Shown here: one piece after another, positions 48,499 to 60,193 of the stretch
Numbering within the stretch: position 1 is the first letter of the stretch
How the letters are laid out: each line of letters starts with the position of its first letter
Assembly: GCA_963796965.1 (NCBI GenBank)
Contig: CAWCNS010000009.1
Location: forward strand, 480,001-544,000
Reading direction: 5' to 3'
Length of the DNA stretch: 64,000 bases
DNA from: Calditrichia bacterium
Lineage (GTDB): Bacteria > Calditrichota > Calditrichia > JAJRVZ01
Position numbers and translations under genes: made by a program
Notes under the pieces: model-generated
Seen by the model: the letters and a program-made list of their open reading frames with translations, nothing else
Database searches by the model: none
Told to the model about the DNA's origin: nothing

Positions 48499-49303
48499 AT
48501 GAACAGAATTCAATCCCCCATTTCATATTTTATATTCACCGCCATCTTTCTTTTTGGCTGTTCCAACGATCCGACGGGTCCCTATGATCCTTTTCTGGAT
48601 GATGTTATTAGCGAATATACGTACAAAAGGCTAAACTCATTTCCCCACGATGTAAAGGCCTTCACCCAGGGCTTTGTATTTTATAAAGATCATTTTTATG
48701 AGGGAACAGGGTTATATGGAAATTCATCTATACGCAAAGTAGAAATGAAAACGGGAAACGTTCAGCATCAAACAAATCTTGCAGATGACTACTTCGGAGA
48801 GGGTATCACCATATTTGAAGAAAAGATTTATCAACTCACCTGGTTGGAAAAAAAGGGATTTGTCTACCAGGTAGACAGTCTTTGACTCACTGGGACAGTT
48901 TTCATATAATCATGAAGGTTGGGGGATTACCCATAATGGTAGCGAATTAATAATCAGTGATGGTACGGCCACGATTCGATTTGTTGAGCCTCAAACCCTG
49001 GAGTTAATTAGGACAATCCAGGTAACCTCAGGAGATTCCCCCCTCAAAAATCTCAATGAACTCGAATACATTGAGGGAAAGATTTTTGCTAACGTTTGGC
49101 TTACTGATTGGATTGCGATCATCAACCCACAGAACGGAAATGTGACGGGCAGGATTGATCTTACTGGTTTACTTGATCCCGCTGACTATACCGTAAATAC
49201 AGATGTGTTGAATGGGATTGCCTACGATAAGGAACAACAACGTTTATTTGTAACCGGTAAACGCTGGCCAAAGGTATTTGAGATTAAATTGATAGCAAGA
49301 TAG
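48499..49303 (+). CDS. Glutaminyl-peptide cyclotransferase (plant/bacterial type), lipoprotein (one frameshift)
   Basis: FTQG, EGTGLYG, FGEGIT, QLTW; in the next frame EGWG, LNELE, ANVW, VLNGIA, TGKRWP. Confidence 0.9.
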
Positions 49304-49311
49304 AACGCGGA

Positions 49312-49333
49312 GGACACTTGGGTCCGCCCCTAC
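49312..49333. repeat. REP-like hairpin ending in CTAC
   Basis: ggacacttgggtccgcccctac, between convergent genes. Confidence 0.65.
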
Positions 49334-49365
49334 GTTTCAAGTTTGACATTTCACGTCTCACCCTA

Positions 49366-51765
49366 TCATTCATACTTAATACTATCCACGGGATTTGCCG
49401 TGGCGGCCCGTATTGACTGATACAACACAGTTAACAGAGCTATAATCAAGGTTACAATGGCGGCAAATACAAAGGTTTGCCAGCCGATAGTGATCCGGTA
49501 GGCGAAATCATTCAACCATTGATCCATTACATACCAGGATATTGGCCAGGCAATCAGATTGGCAAGAAGGACCCATTTTGCAAAATCCCGGGACATGAGA
49601 AGGACCAGACCACCGATCGATGCTCCCAGAACCTTGCGAATACCCATTTCTTTTGTTCGTTGTTCTGCCGTGAATGAAGCCAATCCAAATAAACCAAGAC
49701 ATGCTATCACTACCGCCAAAACAGCGAAATATTTGAGTAAGTTGCTTACCCGGTCTCCCACGGCATATTGATCATTCAGATCTTCATCCAGAAATCTATA
49801 ATCGAATGGATAATTCGGTACAATCCGTTTCCAGGTAGCTTCTACAAAATCGATGGCCGCTGTTATATTCCCAGCTGACAATCGTATGAGTAAATAATTG
49901 ATGTCTCTTAAACTACAACGTATGGCCAGAGGTTCGATATGTTCATCTACGGACTGAAAATGATAATCTCGCATCACCCCTATAATGAATCCATCTCTGT
50001 CAAAATCAAAACGTTTTTCAACAACGGATCCACCACCCATGATACGAGCCATCTCTTCATTGATCAAAAATGCACTAGCTGTATCTGTGCTAAATTCTCT
50101 TGAAAAGGAGCGCCCTTCAACCATCTCAATTTTCATCGTTTCTACATAGTCAAAACCCACCCGAGCCATGGAAACGAGCACTTTCAAGTCAGGATCTTTA
50201 CCATCCCATTTCACACCACTTGAATTACTACCAATGTGAGCTGGATAATGATGGGTACCTGTCACATTCACAATTTTTTTATCCAGTAATAGCTCATTTT
50301 TTAATATATCATAGTACGTATTTGTATCTCCACGTAGGGGAATATAAATGAGGTGTTCCTGGTCAAATCCCAGATCTTTTTCTTTCATAAACTGCAATTG
50401 ATTATATACCATTACTGTACTGACAATCAAAATAAGAGAGATGGTGAACTGGAAAACAACTAATACCTTCCGAAATAAGGCCGCTTTATCAGAGTTAGAA
50501 ATTTTGCCACGCAGAATCCTTATGGGTTGAAACGAAGAAAGAAACATGGCCGGATAGCTGCCGGAGATTATTCCTGTTACTAAAGTGAGAACTATCATTC
50601 CTATTATAAATTGCCAGTCCCAAAGAAGATTCATCTCAAAAGATTTATCGGCTAAAGTACCAAATGCGGGCAGGAGTAGGGCAACAATAATTAAAGCACA
50701 AACCAATCCTATAAAAGCCATTAAAATTGATTCACCATAAAATTGGAGAACCAGATTTTCCTTCTTAGCGCCCACAACTTTGCGCATACCAACTTCCCGG
50801 GCTCTGTTCACGGATCGGGCGGTGGCAAGATTCATAAAATTGATACTGGCCAGAAGAATTATAAAAACCGCAATGATCGAAAAAATATAGACATAAAGGA
50901 TATAGCCCATGGATTTATTATATCCAAAATAGGAATGTAGATGGATATCGGGCAGGGCTCGAAGCATAAACGGTGTCGGATCATCTTCCTGAAATCGTTT
51001 CAATCTTTCCGGATCATCCTTGACCAGATCAAGGGTTCTTCTATAACGCAAATCGGTGATTTTTTCATTTACTGCTTTAATATCCACACTCTCATGTAAT
51101 TGCACAAAAGTAACGATGGAATTCCAACCCCACTGATCAATGGTACGGCCCAGATCTTTCAAAAATTCAAAGGGTACGAGCACATCAAATCGTACCACAG
51201 AGTTTTCAGGGATATTTTCTAACACACCGGTTATAGTGAAATCAAATTGATTATTTATACTAATAACCTGACCAATAGGATTAATTTCACCAAAATACTT
51301 CTGTGCAAGTTCTTCTGTAATAATCATCGAGGAAGGCTTGTCAAGAGCTGTGGTTTGGTCTCCATAGATAAATTGATATGAAAACATTTTTAAGAAATCC
51401 GGGGTTACAGCGCGAACACTTCGTTCAAAAAATGATTTATCTTTATAGCGAAGAAGAAGTGTGCCGGCATGGGGATAGGGTGTCGCATATTTAATTTCTG
51501 GTATTTCCGCCTTGACACCCTCAGCCATCGGATAGGGTGTGACATTAACATGGTAAATGCTACCGGAATAATTCTGGTCTTGTTCAATTCGGTAGAGAAA
51601 ATCCGCATTCGCATGAAATTGATCGTAGCTCAACTCATCCATCACCCAGAGCATAATCAGTAAAAAACTGGCGATGCCAATGGCCAACCCTGATATATTT
51701 ATAAACGAGTATACTTTATGCCTTCGAAGATTTCTTAATGCCACAATCAGATAATTTTTTATCAT
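49366..51765 (-). CDS. MacB/FtsX-type ABC transporter permease (duplicated domain)
   Basis: INFMNLATARS..RAREVG.RKVVGA; EQRTKE.GIRKVLGA; ANPV.S.KYE. Confidence 0.93.
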   Translation of the reverse strand: MIKNYLIVALRNLRRHKVYSFINISGLAIGIASFLLIMLWVMDELSYDQFHANADFLYRIEQDQNYSGSIYHVNVTPYPMAEGVKAEIPEIKYATPYPHAGTLLLRYKDKSFFERSVRAVTPDFLKMFSYQFIYGDQTTALDKPSSMIITEELAQKYFGEINPIGQVISINNQFDFTITGVLENIPENSVVRFDVLVPFEFLKDLGRTIDQWGWNSIVTFVQLHESVDIKAVNEKITDLRYRRTLDLVKDDPERLKRFQEDDPTPFMLRALPDIHLHSYFGYNKSMGYILYVYIFSIIAVFIILLASINFMNLATARSVNRAREVGMRKVVGAKKENLVLQFYGESILMAFIGLVCALIIVALLLPAFGTLADKSFEMNLLWDWQFIIGMIVLTLVTGIISGSYPAMFLSSFQPIRILRGKISNSDKAALFRKVLVVFQFTISLILIVSTVMVYNQLQFMKEKDLGFDQEHLIYIPLRGDTNTYYDILKNELLLDKKIVNVTGTHHYPAHIGSNSSGVKWDGKDPDLKVLVSMARVGFDYVETMKIEMVEGRSFSREFSTDTASAFLINEEMARIMGGGSVVEKRFDFDRDGFIIGVMRDYHFQSVDEHIEPLAIRCSLRDINYLLIRLSAGNITAAIDFVEATWKRIVPNYPFDYRFLDEDLNDQYAVGDRVSNLLKYFAVLAVVIACLGLFGLASFTAEQRTKEMGIRKVLGASIGGLVLLMSRDFAKWVLLANLIAWPISWYVMDQWLNDFAYRITIGWQTFVFAAIVTLIIALLTVLYQSIRAATANPVDSIKYE

Positions 51766-51974
51766 TTCATACTCCGGCGTTTATCCAAATTTCTTACCAC
51801 TATATTCCTCAGACTAAGGATAAAAAATTCTACCAATTAATTCGTCCGAAATTACAATTTCGAACATTATTTTTAATTTTATACTCAACCTTCTACAATA
51901 TCTTACGTAGAAAAAAATAGTTGTGACTTTTTGAACAAACCGGTGTCTAATAATTTAAAAACAAAGGTGAGACT

Positions 51975-52193
51975 ATGACGTTAAGAGATATCCTCGAAAA
52001 AATAGCTCTTGAAGATCATGCTATAAAACTTAGCCACGATAATGAAGTTTTTGACCCTAATGGTTTGCTGGAAACACTTCCTGATCCTGTACTAAACAGA
52101 CAAGCTTATTTGCAACCTGGTTTATATATTGCTGAAATAAATGAAGGTGGATATTTGGGTGAGGTTCTTTTAAGATTTTCGAATCATTCTTAA
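51975..52193 (+). CDS. Small hypothetical protein (72 aa)
   Basis: AAAGGTGA RBS; protein-like composition; hairpin downstream (about 52203-52229). Confidence 0.55.
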   Translation: MTLRDILEKIALEDHAIKLSHDNEVFDPNGLLETLPDPVLNRQAYLQPGLYIAEINEGGYLGEVLLRFSNHS

Positions 52194-52311
52194 CAATACC
52201 TACCAGATTTTACCCGGTAAATGATCTGGCGATAACATACGAATATATTTGAATTAGATTCATCCAAAGCAATAAATCAAAGTAATATATCCAAATAAAG
52301 CCGGATACGTT

Positions 52312-54712
52312 ATGTTTAAAAATCACATTCGCATTGCCGTTCGTAACTTTAATCGTAACAAATTTTACTCATTTCTAAATATTCTTGGCCTCGCAATAGG
52401 AATGGCTACAGTCTATCCTCAGTTTTTTATATGTTGGTCATGAACTGAGCTATGATCGCTTTCATGAAAAGTCAGATCGGATTTATCGAATTGCCGTCGA
52501 TGCTTTATCAGGCAACACGGTTATTAAGCAAACCTTTAATCCCCCACCAATGCCAGCCGCACTATATAATGAATATGCAGAGATTGAAGCGGTTTGTCGA
52601 ATAGCAACTGCTGGTAATGCAACAAAGATTCAGTACGGAAATACGACTTTTAAGGAATCGAATATACTCATAGTTGATACTACATTTTTCAATATTTTCT
52701 CTGCAGAATTTGTTATAGGCAGTCCCAACCCTGAGATATTAGGCCCTAATAAAATTGTCCTTACTGAGAAAACAGCCAGAAAGTATTTTGGGAATGAAAA
52801 TCCGATAGGGAAAATTCTTGTGATGGATGATGAGGATAGTTTTCAAGTCACTGCTGTTATAAAAAATTTTCCTGAAAATGCCCATTTCCATTTTGACATG
52901 CTCGCTTCCTTACTAACATTTAAAGATTGGTATGATAATCAACAATGGTTCAATAACAATTTCCGTATTTACATCCTATTAATTGAAAATCAGGATTACA
53001 AATCGCTTCAAGCCAAATTCCCTGCCTTCGTGAATAAATATCATTTTAATGGCAAATATAAGGAATCAATTGGTGGTGATTCTAAATGGGAATTGTATTT
53101 GCAACCGCTTACGGATATTCATTTATACTCGCATTTAAGTGGCGAATTTGAGGCAAATGGAAATGCGAATTATGTATATATATTTGGAATAGTCGCAATA
53201 TTTATTCTCCTAATTGCATGCATTAATTTTGTTAATCTCGCCACAGCAAAATCTGCTACCAGAGCAAAAGAAATAAGCATCCGTAAAGTAGTTGGTTCTG
53301 GCCGAGGTTATCTGATCCGTCAATTTCTCAGTGAATCACTATTTATCAGTTTTATATCAGTATTATTGGCCTTGTTGTTTGTCGAATTAGCTTTCATTTA
53401 TTTGCCTGACCTTTTAGGCGTGAATCTTCCCGTACCTTTTTCCACTAAATTATTATTGATGCCTGCTATGATAATATTAACAATTCTAACAGGCCTTTTG
53501 TCCGGTGTTTATCCGGCTTTAGTATTATCATCTTACCAACCAGCAAATGTATTACATAATCAGCTATTAAAAGGACGAAAAGGAACCTGGTTACGTAATT
53601 TTCTTGTGATATTTCAGTTCGTCACTTCTATTGTTCTCATTGTCGGAACGATGGTCATCTCCCGACAGTTAGATTATATTCAGAATGAGCAACTTGGTTT
53701 TGAAAAAGAACAGGTAGTCGTAATTAAAAATGCTAACTTGATCCCGGATCATCTGGCAGCATTTAAATCTGAATTACTTAAAATCCCTTCTGTACAGCAT
53801 GCTTCGGTATCGCATCGTCTGCCCGGTATTCGATTTAATAACATAGGATTCGGTGCAGAGGGTTTTGAAGGTGGTTATACGCTTAATCTTTGTTTGAGTG
53901 ACCCTGATTTTCAAGATGTTCTAAAGTTTAATATGGTTAAAGGCCGGTATTTTTCTGAAGAATTTGGGACGGATACCTCAGGGATTGTTCTCAATGAAGC
54001 CGCTGTGAAACTGCTTGGCTGGGATGATCCGATTGGAAAAAGAGTCAATACCTGGGGAAGGAAACCTTTCAATCTATCTGTTATCGGGGTTGTGAAGGAT
54101 CTACACTATGAATCTATGCATACAGAAATCCGACCGATGGCCTTTCTACATATAGATAGCCCTTTCCACTGGTCACCCCGTTATATCTCAGTACGAATAA
54201 ACACCACAGATGTCGGTAAAACAATACAACAGATGAATCAGATCTGGGCAGGATTTTATACTGATCTACCTTTTGAGTATTCCTTTTTTAACGATGATTA
54301 TAATAATCTATATAAAAATGAAAAACAGACCCAACAGCTATTTATGAGCTTTTCTGTATTGGCGTTGTTTATTGGTTGTTTAGGATTGTTAGGATTGGTT
54401 GCATTTATGGTTCAGCAGCGCATTCAGGAGATCGGTATTCGAAAGGTATTGGGTGCTTCCGTTTTAGGATTGGTGCTATTGTTATCAAAACAGTTTAGCA
54501 AATGGGTTTTAATTGCTAATATTTTTGCCTGGCCATTGGCCTGGTATATGATGGATAGATGGTTGGAAAATTTTGCCTACCGTTCTAATATTGAATGGTG
54601 GTATTTTATAGTGGCGGGTGGGATTGCTTTAGTTATCGCCTTGTTCACTATCGGTACACAAGTCTTCAGAGCGGCGATTTCTAATCCGGTTGATGCCTTG
54701 AGGTATGAGTGA
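52312..54712 (+). CDS. MacB/FtsX-type ABC transporter permease (frameshift near the 5' end)
   Basis: MFKNHIRIAVRN start; CINFVNLATA.S..RAKEI..RKV.G; NPVDALRYE. Confidence 0.92.
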
Positions 54713-54819
54713 TTGTGAAAAATGTAAGATGGAGATGTGAAGACCAGGGGCATCACATACCATGTCCGCTTAGATATGCTCCAAACATATCTCCCGGCGA
54801 TATTCAATTTCTAGTGACT

Positions 54820-55203
54820 TTAGAACGATTTTATCCATTCAATAGCCATGTCAAGATTGCGAAAGACATTTATTTCGGCTTGATTTGAAGCCTCCATTTC
54901 CTGCTCATACATCCGTGCTAAACCAAAATCCACTTTTTCTGAAACAACAATGGCTGTTTTTATTTTACCCAGTTTGTTCCTTTTCCAGGTTACATAGGCT
55001 ACAATTTTTTCTAACTGTTCAAGAGAGATGTTTTGAATGTGCTTAACATTGGTAAAGTCCCATACAGAACTTAGGTGAGGATTAAATTTGCGATTATTAT
55101 ATATGTCAACAATCGATTGAAAAAGATAATCAAAGTTAAAATCACCAGAGAGTGAGTGTATTCGTAAATTTTGTTTATCTATCTTCAGTACTTCAATTTT
55201 CAT
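54820..55203 (-). CDS. Hypothetical SpoIIAA/STAS-like protein
   Basis: VWDF...AIVV....FGLARMY....VFR....A.EW pattern. Confidence 0.6.
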   Translation of the reverse strand: MKIEVLKIDKQNLRIHSLSGDFNFDYLFQSIVDIYNNRKFNPHLSSVWDFTNVKHIQNISLEQLEKIVAYVTWKRNKLGKIKTAIVVSEKVDFGLARMYEQEMEASNQAEINVFRNLDMAIEWIKSF

Positions 55204-55600
55204 ATAATCCCCATTTTAAATTCCGGTGAAACAGATCCTCTGTAAATCAAACTGAATATGGTTTCCAATATAAGTTCAGTATATCCATATTACAAATTAG
55301 GATCTGTTGTTCATTTAAAATATATCTCCAGCTTTAAATAAAATCTGACAAAACGCACATTTTTCCAGGAATTTTTCCAACACACTCCCAGAAAAAAATA
55401 TGTCAACTTTCAATCTGAACAGATTCTGGATTTATACTACTAAAATAATATAATGTTCAACACCCTATTGTACCCCCGATAACAGTTGTTTTGCTCTGGT
55501 GTGATGTTTATATTCTTAAAAGATTAAAATCCCTATTTCTCCATTATAATTGACTCAATGTGATCACTTTTTTCGATACAAATATTTGAGGAAATCACAA

Positions 55601-56959
55601 ATGAAAGTTCATATTCAAGACTCAAAGTTTAAATCCTCTATTAGCAGACGTCAATTTTTGACTACAACTGCTGTTTCCACAGCAGCGTTCATTATTGTCC
55701 CCCGATATGTTCTTGGCGGGCCAGGGTATAAGGCACCAAGTGATAAACTAAATATTGGATGTGTGGGTGTCGGTGGGATGGGTTATCACGATCTTAAAAA
55801 TGTCAGCTCCGAAAATGTTATCGCTCTTTGTGATGTTGATCAGAAGCGTGCTGCTAAAGCACTTTCTGAATTTCCTTCGACAAGGAAATATCGTGACTAT
55901 CGTGAAATGCTTGAAAAAGAGAAAGATCTTGATGCTGTTACAGTAACAACTCCCGATCATAATCATGCCATCATCGCTATGGCGGCAATTAAAAAAGGCA
56001 AACATACGTATTGTCAAAAGCCACTTACGCATACCATTTATGAAGCAAGGCAACTGGCTCTCGCTGCAAATGAAGCGGGTGTTACGACACAGATGGGGAA
56101 TCAAGGTCATACAGGTGAGGGAATCCGTCTTATAAAGGAATGGATTCAGGCAGATGCAGTCGGAAAAGTGCATGAAGTCCTTTGCTGGACAAACAGGCCT
56201 GACTGGCCGCAAGGCATGGATCGTCCCCAGGAAATACCTGCCATTCCTCCCACTTTAGACTGGGATTTGTGGTTGGGACCAGCACCTGAACGCCCTTATC
56301 ATCCAACCTATTTGCCAGCAGACTGGCGAGCCTGGTGGGATTTTGGCACCGGTGCCCTCGGCGATATGGGTGCCCATATTATGGACGTTCCTTTTTGGGT
56401 CTTGGACCTGGACCACCCTAGTACCGTCCAAGCCAGTTCAACCAAAGTCAATGAAGAAACCTATCCCAAAGCATCTATCGTTCGCTATCATTTTCCAGGA
56501 AATAATGACCGCTCGGGTATTACTCTTAACTGGTATGATGGCGAGATCATGCCTAAAAGACCCCCTGAGCTTGAACCGGGACGACGAATGGGAGATAGCG
56601 ATGGTGGTGTACTTTTTGTTGGGGACAAAGGTAAAATCATGTGCGGTTGCTACGGAAGTAATCCCCGGCTCATACCGGAGAAAAAAATGAAGGCATTTAA
56701 GGTACCTGAAAAAACCATACTTCGTTCGCCGGGAATTCATGCTGAATGGATTCAAGCCTGTAAAGCTGGTTCCCAGGCTACATCAAATTTTGGATATGCG
56801 GGGAAATTAACCGAAACCATGCTCTTAGGTAATCTGGCCATAAAGCTGGCAAATAGGCATAAGGTACTTAAATGGGATGGCCCAAATTTTCGCGTAACCA
56901 ATTTCGAAGAGGCAAATCAATACCTACATACGGAGTATCGTGAAGGTTGGATTTTGTAA
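55601..56959 (+). CDS. Gfo/Idh/MocA family oxidoreductase with Tat-like signal
   Basis: SRRQFL; GVGGMG; TPDHNHA; YCQKPL; WDLWLGPAP; GALGDMGAH. Confidence 0.92.
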   Translation: MKVHIQDSKFKSSISRRQFLTTTAVSTAAFIIVPRYVLGGPGYKAPSDKLNIGCVGVGGMGYHDLKNVSSENVIALCDVDQKRAAKALSEFPSTRKYRDYREMLEKEKDLDAVTVTTPDHNHAIIAMAAIKKGKHTYCQKPLTHTIYEARQLALAANEAGVTTQMGNQGHTGEGIRLIKEWIQADAVGKVHEVLCWTNRPDWPQGMDRPQEIPAIPPTLDWDLWLGPAPERPYHPTYLPADWRAWWDFGTGALGDMGAHIMDVPFWVLDLDHPSTVQASSTKVNEETYPKASIVRYHFPGNNDRSGITLNWYDGEIMPKRPPELEPGRRMGDSDGGVLFVGDKGKIMCGCYGSNPRLIPEKKMKAFKVPEKTILRSPGIHAEWIQACKAGSQATSNFGYAGKLTETMLLGNLAIKLANRHKVLKWDGPNFRVTNFEEANQYLHTEYREGWIL

Positions 56960-57027
56960 AACCTTAGTTAGCACACTATGTGGTTTTCATCGATTGGCAT
57001 TTTGGATTAGTATTAGTAGGAGATATT

Positions 57028-58089
57028 ATGAAATTAAAACTCACTCTGATTCTTTACCTGTTCTTAAATTTAACAGGGAATGTTGTTTTTTCTGCTGATC
57101 CTGATCGTGGATTCCGTTTTGATGAAAAAGTTGTACTTACTTACTATTATATATGGTTTTCTGAAGAGACTTGGCTAAATGATCCGATCGGTAAATTTAA
57201 AAATGCGACCCCTCTTGTTGGTGCTTATAATTCTTCAGATCCCTGCATTATCGATAAACATCTTGATCAAATGAAGCGGGCAAAGATTGATGCGATAGCC
57301 ACTTCCTGGCAATATGAACCCAGCGGACTTAATAGAAATGATATATTGGACATTGTCTATGCCAAGGCTGTCGAGAAGGGATTGAAAGTGACAGTGGACT
57401 ATGAGCGTGGCCGGTTTCCCGTTGACACATTGATGCGGGATCTGACCTACTTTCTGGAGCGCTATAAAGACCATCCGGCGATGTTGAAGATCGAAGGATT
57501 ACCTGTTGTGATGGTCTGGACAGCTTGGGGTCATACACCGGAAGAATGGCGCGATGTTTTTGACCGGCTGGAAAAAATGGGTCTGCCCTGCTTCCCGATC
57601 ATGTCTGGAAGTTACGAAGATGGAAAGGGTGCCCGTTACCTCAATCCTTTTCGCGCCTTAGAAATCTACACTCTGGTCGATATTGAGGACAACCTGCTGG
57701 CTGATTATATGAAAAACATGCGCCAGTATATCGACAAATATAACGAAGAAACCGGTTTTAAAATCGGCAAACCGGCGCAGCACCATGCAACGATCTGTCC
57801 GGGCTATGATGAGCGTGCCAATCCGGGGCGTCGTTTTGACCACGATGGCTGGCTGGGTGCCGGGTGGAAGGACCGAACTAAATTTGGTGTACATTACCCG
57901 GACGACGCTGAAGGTGCCTATTATCGCGGTACTTTTGAAGCAGCAATGGCTTCAAATCCTGATTGGTTGCACATCTCCACCTTTAACGAATTGGGGGAAA
58001 ACAGTCATATTGAAGCTACGCTTCAACATGGCTATAAGTACATCGATATCACGGCAGAACTGGTTGATATATTTAAAAGCAAAAAATAG
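57028..58089 (+). CDS. GH99/GH71-like secreted glycoside hydrolase
   Basis: YYYIWF, YNSSD, ICPGYDE, STFNELGENSHIE (ExxE catalytic-like motif). Confidence 0.7.
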   Translation: MKLKLTLILYLFLNLTGNVVFSADPDRGFRFDEKVVLTYYYIWFSEETWLNDPIGKFKNATPLVGAYNSSDPCIIDKHLDQMKRAKIDAIATSWQYEPSGLNRNDILDIVYAKAVEKGLKVTVDYERGRFPVDTLMRDLTYFLERYKDHPAMLKIEGLPVVMVWTAWGHTPEEWRDVFDRLEKMGLPCFPIMSGSYEDGKGARYLNPFRALEIYTLVDIEDNLLADYMKNMRQYIDKYNEETGFKIGKPAQHHATICPGYDERANPGRRFDHDGWLGAGWKDRTKFGVHYPDDAEGAYYRGTFEAAMASNPDWLHISTFNELGENSHIEATLQHGYKYIDITAELVDIFKSKK

Positions 58090-58329
58090 GTCGGATATTA
58101 AGAATTCTGCTTTTGCGAGATTTCATTTAAGCAGACATCATTGGGTATAAGGACGAGTGAGGTAAATTGCATCAGAGGTTCGGAAATCTGTTGGGTTTCG
58201 GTCAGTTGGGGCATCGAATAGTATATTTTTACAATACCCACTTATAATTCTGACCGATCTATAGCCCAGATCGTAATTCAGTGATACACCTCTTACTGAA
58301 TTGTTCTTGAACAGGATCATTTAGATTGG

Positions 58330-59328
58330 TCAACGAATTTTGATTTCTTCTCCCACCTTTAAGGTATCCTCCGTGTCAATAATTTCAAATAGATGGAGCC
58401 GTTCTAATTTCTCACTGTTCGGTTGATGTAAGGCCAATACTAGTTTATCCTCTAGCGTTTTGAAGATCATACCATGTCCACCGTTCTGGGTATATATTGG
58501 CATGTGCTTGGACCAGGGACCTCTTATTCTACCCGACCCCGACGAGGTTACAAACACACAATAACCGTCTCCTGGTATAAAAGTTGACCAAATCATATAC
58601 AATTTGTCTGATTTTGAGCTCTTGTAGAGAAAACAGCCATCCGTCACCTTCCCGCGCTGCGGATCATTTATTGCAGCAGGTGCATCAGATGCCCTGAACA
58701 TTAACTTGGTATCACCAAAGGTATCCGATAAATCATCTTTTAATTGCACATAATCCATTGTCCCATCAATCAACTGAACCCATTCATGGCAAAAGATCAT
58801 GTAGGGAGTTCCCTCTTCAACATATAGCGTTCCATCTAATGCCATCCAGTCATTTGGAGTAAATGAAGTTGATTTGAATGGTTTAAAGGGGCCGTAAGGA
58901 CCCTCCGAATGGAATACATGGGTCCCGCGGATATGCATTTCCGGCCAGGTCTTTTTTTCAACAGGTTTAACCATGGGTAGCTTTTCTTTATAAGTTAGAG
59001 TAACAAAAAGGTAATATTTCCCCTGGTACTCATGCATCTCTGGTGCCCATACACTTTGGATACCCGCAGTCTCGGGTAAAATTAGAACAGGTTTTGGCTG
59101 CTTCCAGCTTCTCAAATCCTTACTGGTGTAAACTTCTACACCAATGAAATCACTGCCACTCCGATTGGCGGTTTGAGCATACATCAAATAGCGGTTATTT
59201 TGTTGATCAGTATAGATAAAGGGGTCGCGGATACGAATGTCCTTGACATTGATGAGTGGATCGAACGCAAATAACCGGGATAATCCAATTATAAATATTA
59301 CAAAAAACAAACCTACTCGAGAAGCCAT
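58330..59328 (-). CDS. GH43 family glycoside hydrolase
   Basis: IRDPFI, WAPE, LDGTL, HEWVQ, GGHGM. Confidence 0.9.
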   Translation of the reverse strand: MASRVGLFFVIFIIGLSRLFAFDPLINVKDIRIRDPFIYTDQQNNRYLMYAQTANRSGSDFIGVEVYTSKDLRSWKQPKPVLILPETAGIQSVWAPEMHEYQGKYYLFVTLTYKEKLPMVKPVEKKTWPEMHIRGTHVFHSEGPYGPFKPFKSTSFTPNDWMALDGTLYVEEGTPYMIFCHEWVQLIDGTMDYVQLKDDLSDTFGDTKLMFRASDAPAAINDPQRGKVTDGCFLYKSSKSDKLYMIWSTFIPGDGYCVFVTSSGSGRIRGPWSKHMPIYTQNGGHGMIFKTLEDKLVLALHQPNSEKLERLHLFEIIDTEDTLKVGEEIKIR

Positions 59329-59466
59329 TTGGTAACTCCTTATAAGAAAAGAAAATTCTCAATCAGGTAATTGAATATTGGGTCGTGAAATTTTCTAACG
59401 AAACAAATAGTTTATACCATTCAAAATATTAAACAGATCAGCCTTAATAATAACACAAGCCTTGCA

Positions 59467-60183
59467 ATGTCAAAATTAACTGAAAAATGTACCATTTGCC
59501 ACACAGATCTGGTGGGCCTCTATTGCCATATCTGCGGTCAGCAAAATACCGGTAAAAAGATTACATTACATGATACTATCAGTGATTTAATTTCTGGTGT
59601 TTTCTCGCTGGAACATTCCATCTTGGCCACATTTTGGTCAATTATCCGTAACCCGAAATTGATCATCCAAAATTATTGGCTGGGATTCAGGGGCTATTTT
59701 CATTCTCCAGGGAAACTTGCCTTTTATGCGGCATTTATCGTAGGTCTGCATTTTGCTTTTATTGGGAGTGAATTTCTTGGTTTAAATATTCAGTTTACGA
59801 ATATTCCACCTCAAGTTGGATTATTAGTCGTACTATTACCTCTATATAGCCTCACCTCGAAAATATCATTCTTTAAAGAACAGCACAGTTTTCTAGAACA
59901 TGCTACAGCAATGATTTACTTGTTTTCCACCTGGATTGTCGTCTTTATCATTATAGATATAATCCAGCGATTTATTCTTGGTAGTATTATCGATGAAGGG
60001 ATGTTCGTATTATTTATGTTTATATTATTCCTTTGGAACGCCCGCCTACACTCTCCAAATCAGAAAAAAACTTTAGTATTCCTTTACACTGTTTTACAGA
60101 TCATTATGCTCCTGGCTGTAGTGACCATAATCGGTCTGCTTATTTATTTATTCATTCCGGACTCCATGACAATTAGTGAATAA
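59467..60183 (+). CDS. DUF3667-like membrane protein with N-terminal zinc ribbon
   Basis: CTIC...YCHICGQ; P......Y..G.R..F.SP.K; TM helices. Confidence 0.75.
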   Translation: MSKLTEKCTICHTDLVGLYCHICGQQNTGKKITLHDTISDLISGVFSLEHSILATFWSIIRNPKLIIQNYWLGFRGYFHSPGKLAFYAAFIVGLHFAFIGSEFLGLNIQFTNIPPQVGLLVVLLPLYSLTSKISFFKEQHSFLEHATAMIYLFSTWIVVFIIIDIIQRFILGSIIDEGMFVLFMFILFLWNARLHSPNQKKTLVFLYTVLQIIMLLAVVTIIGLLIYLFIPDSMTISE

Positions 60184-60193
60184 TGGTCTGATG

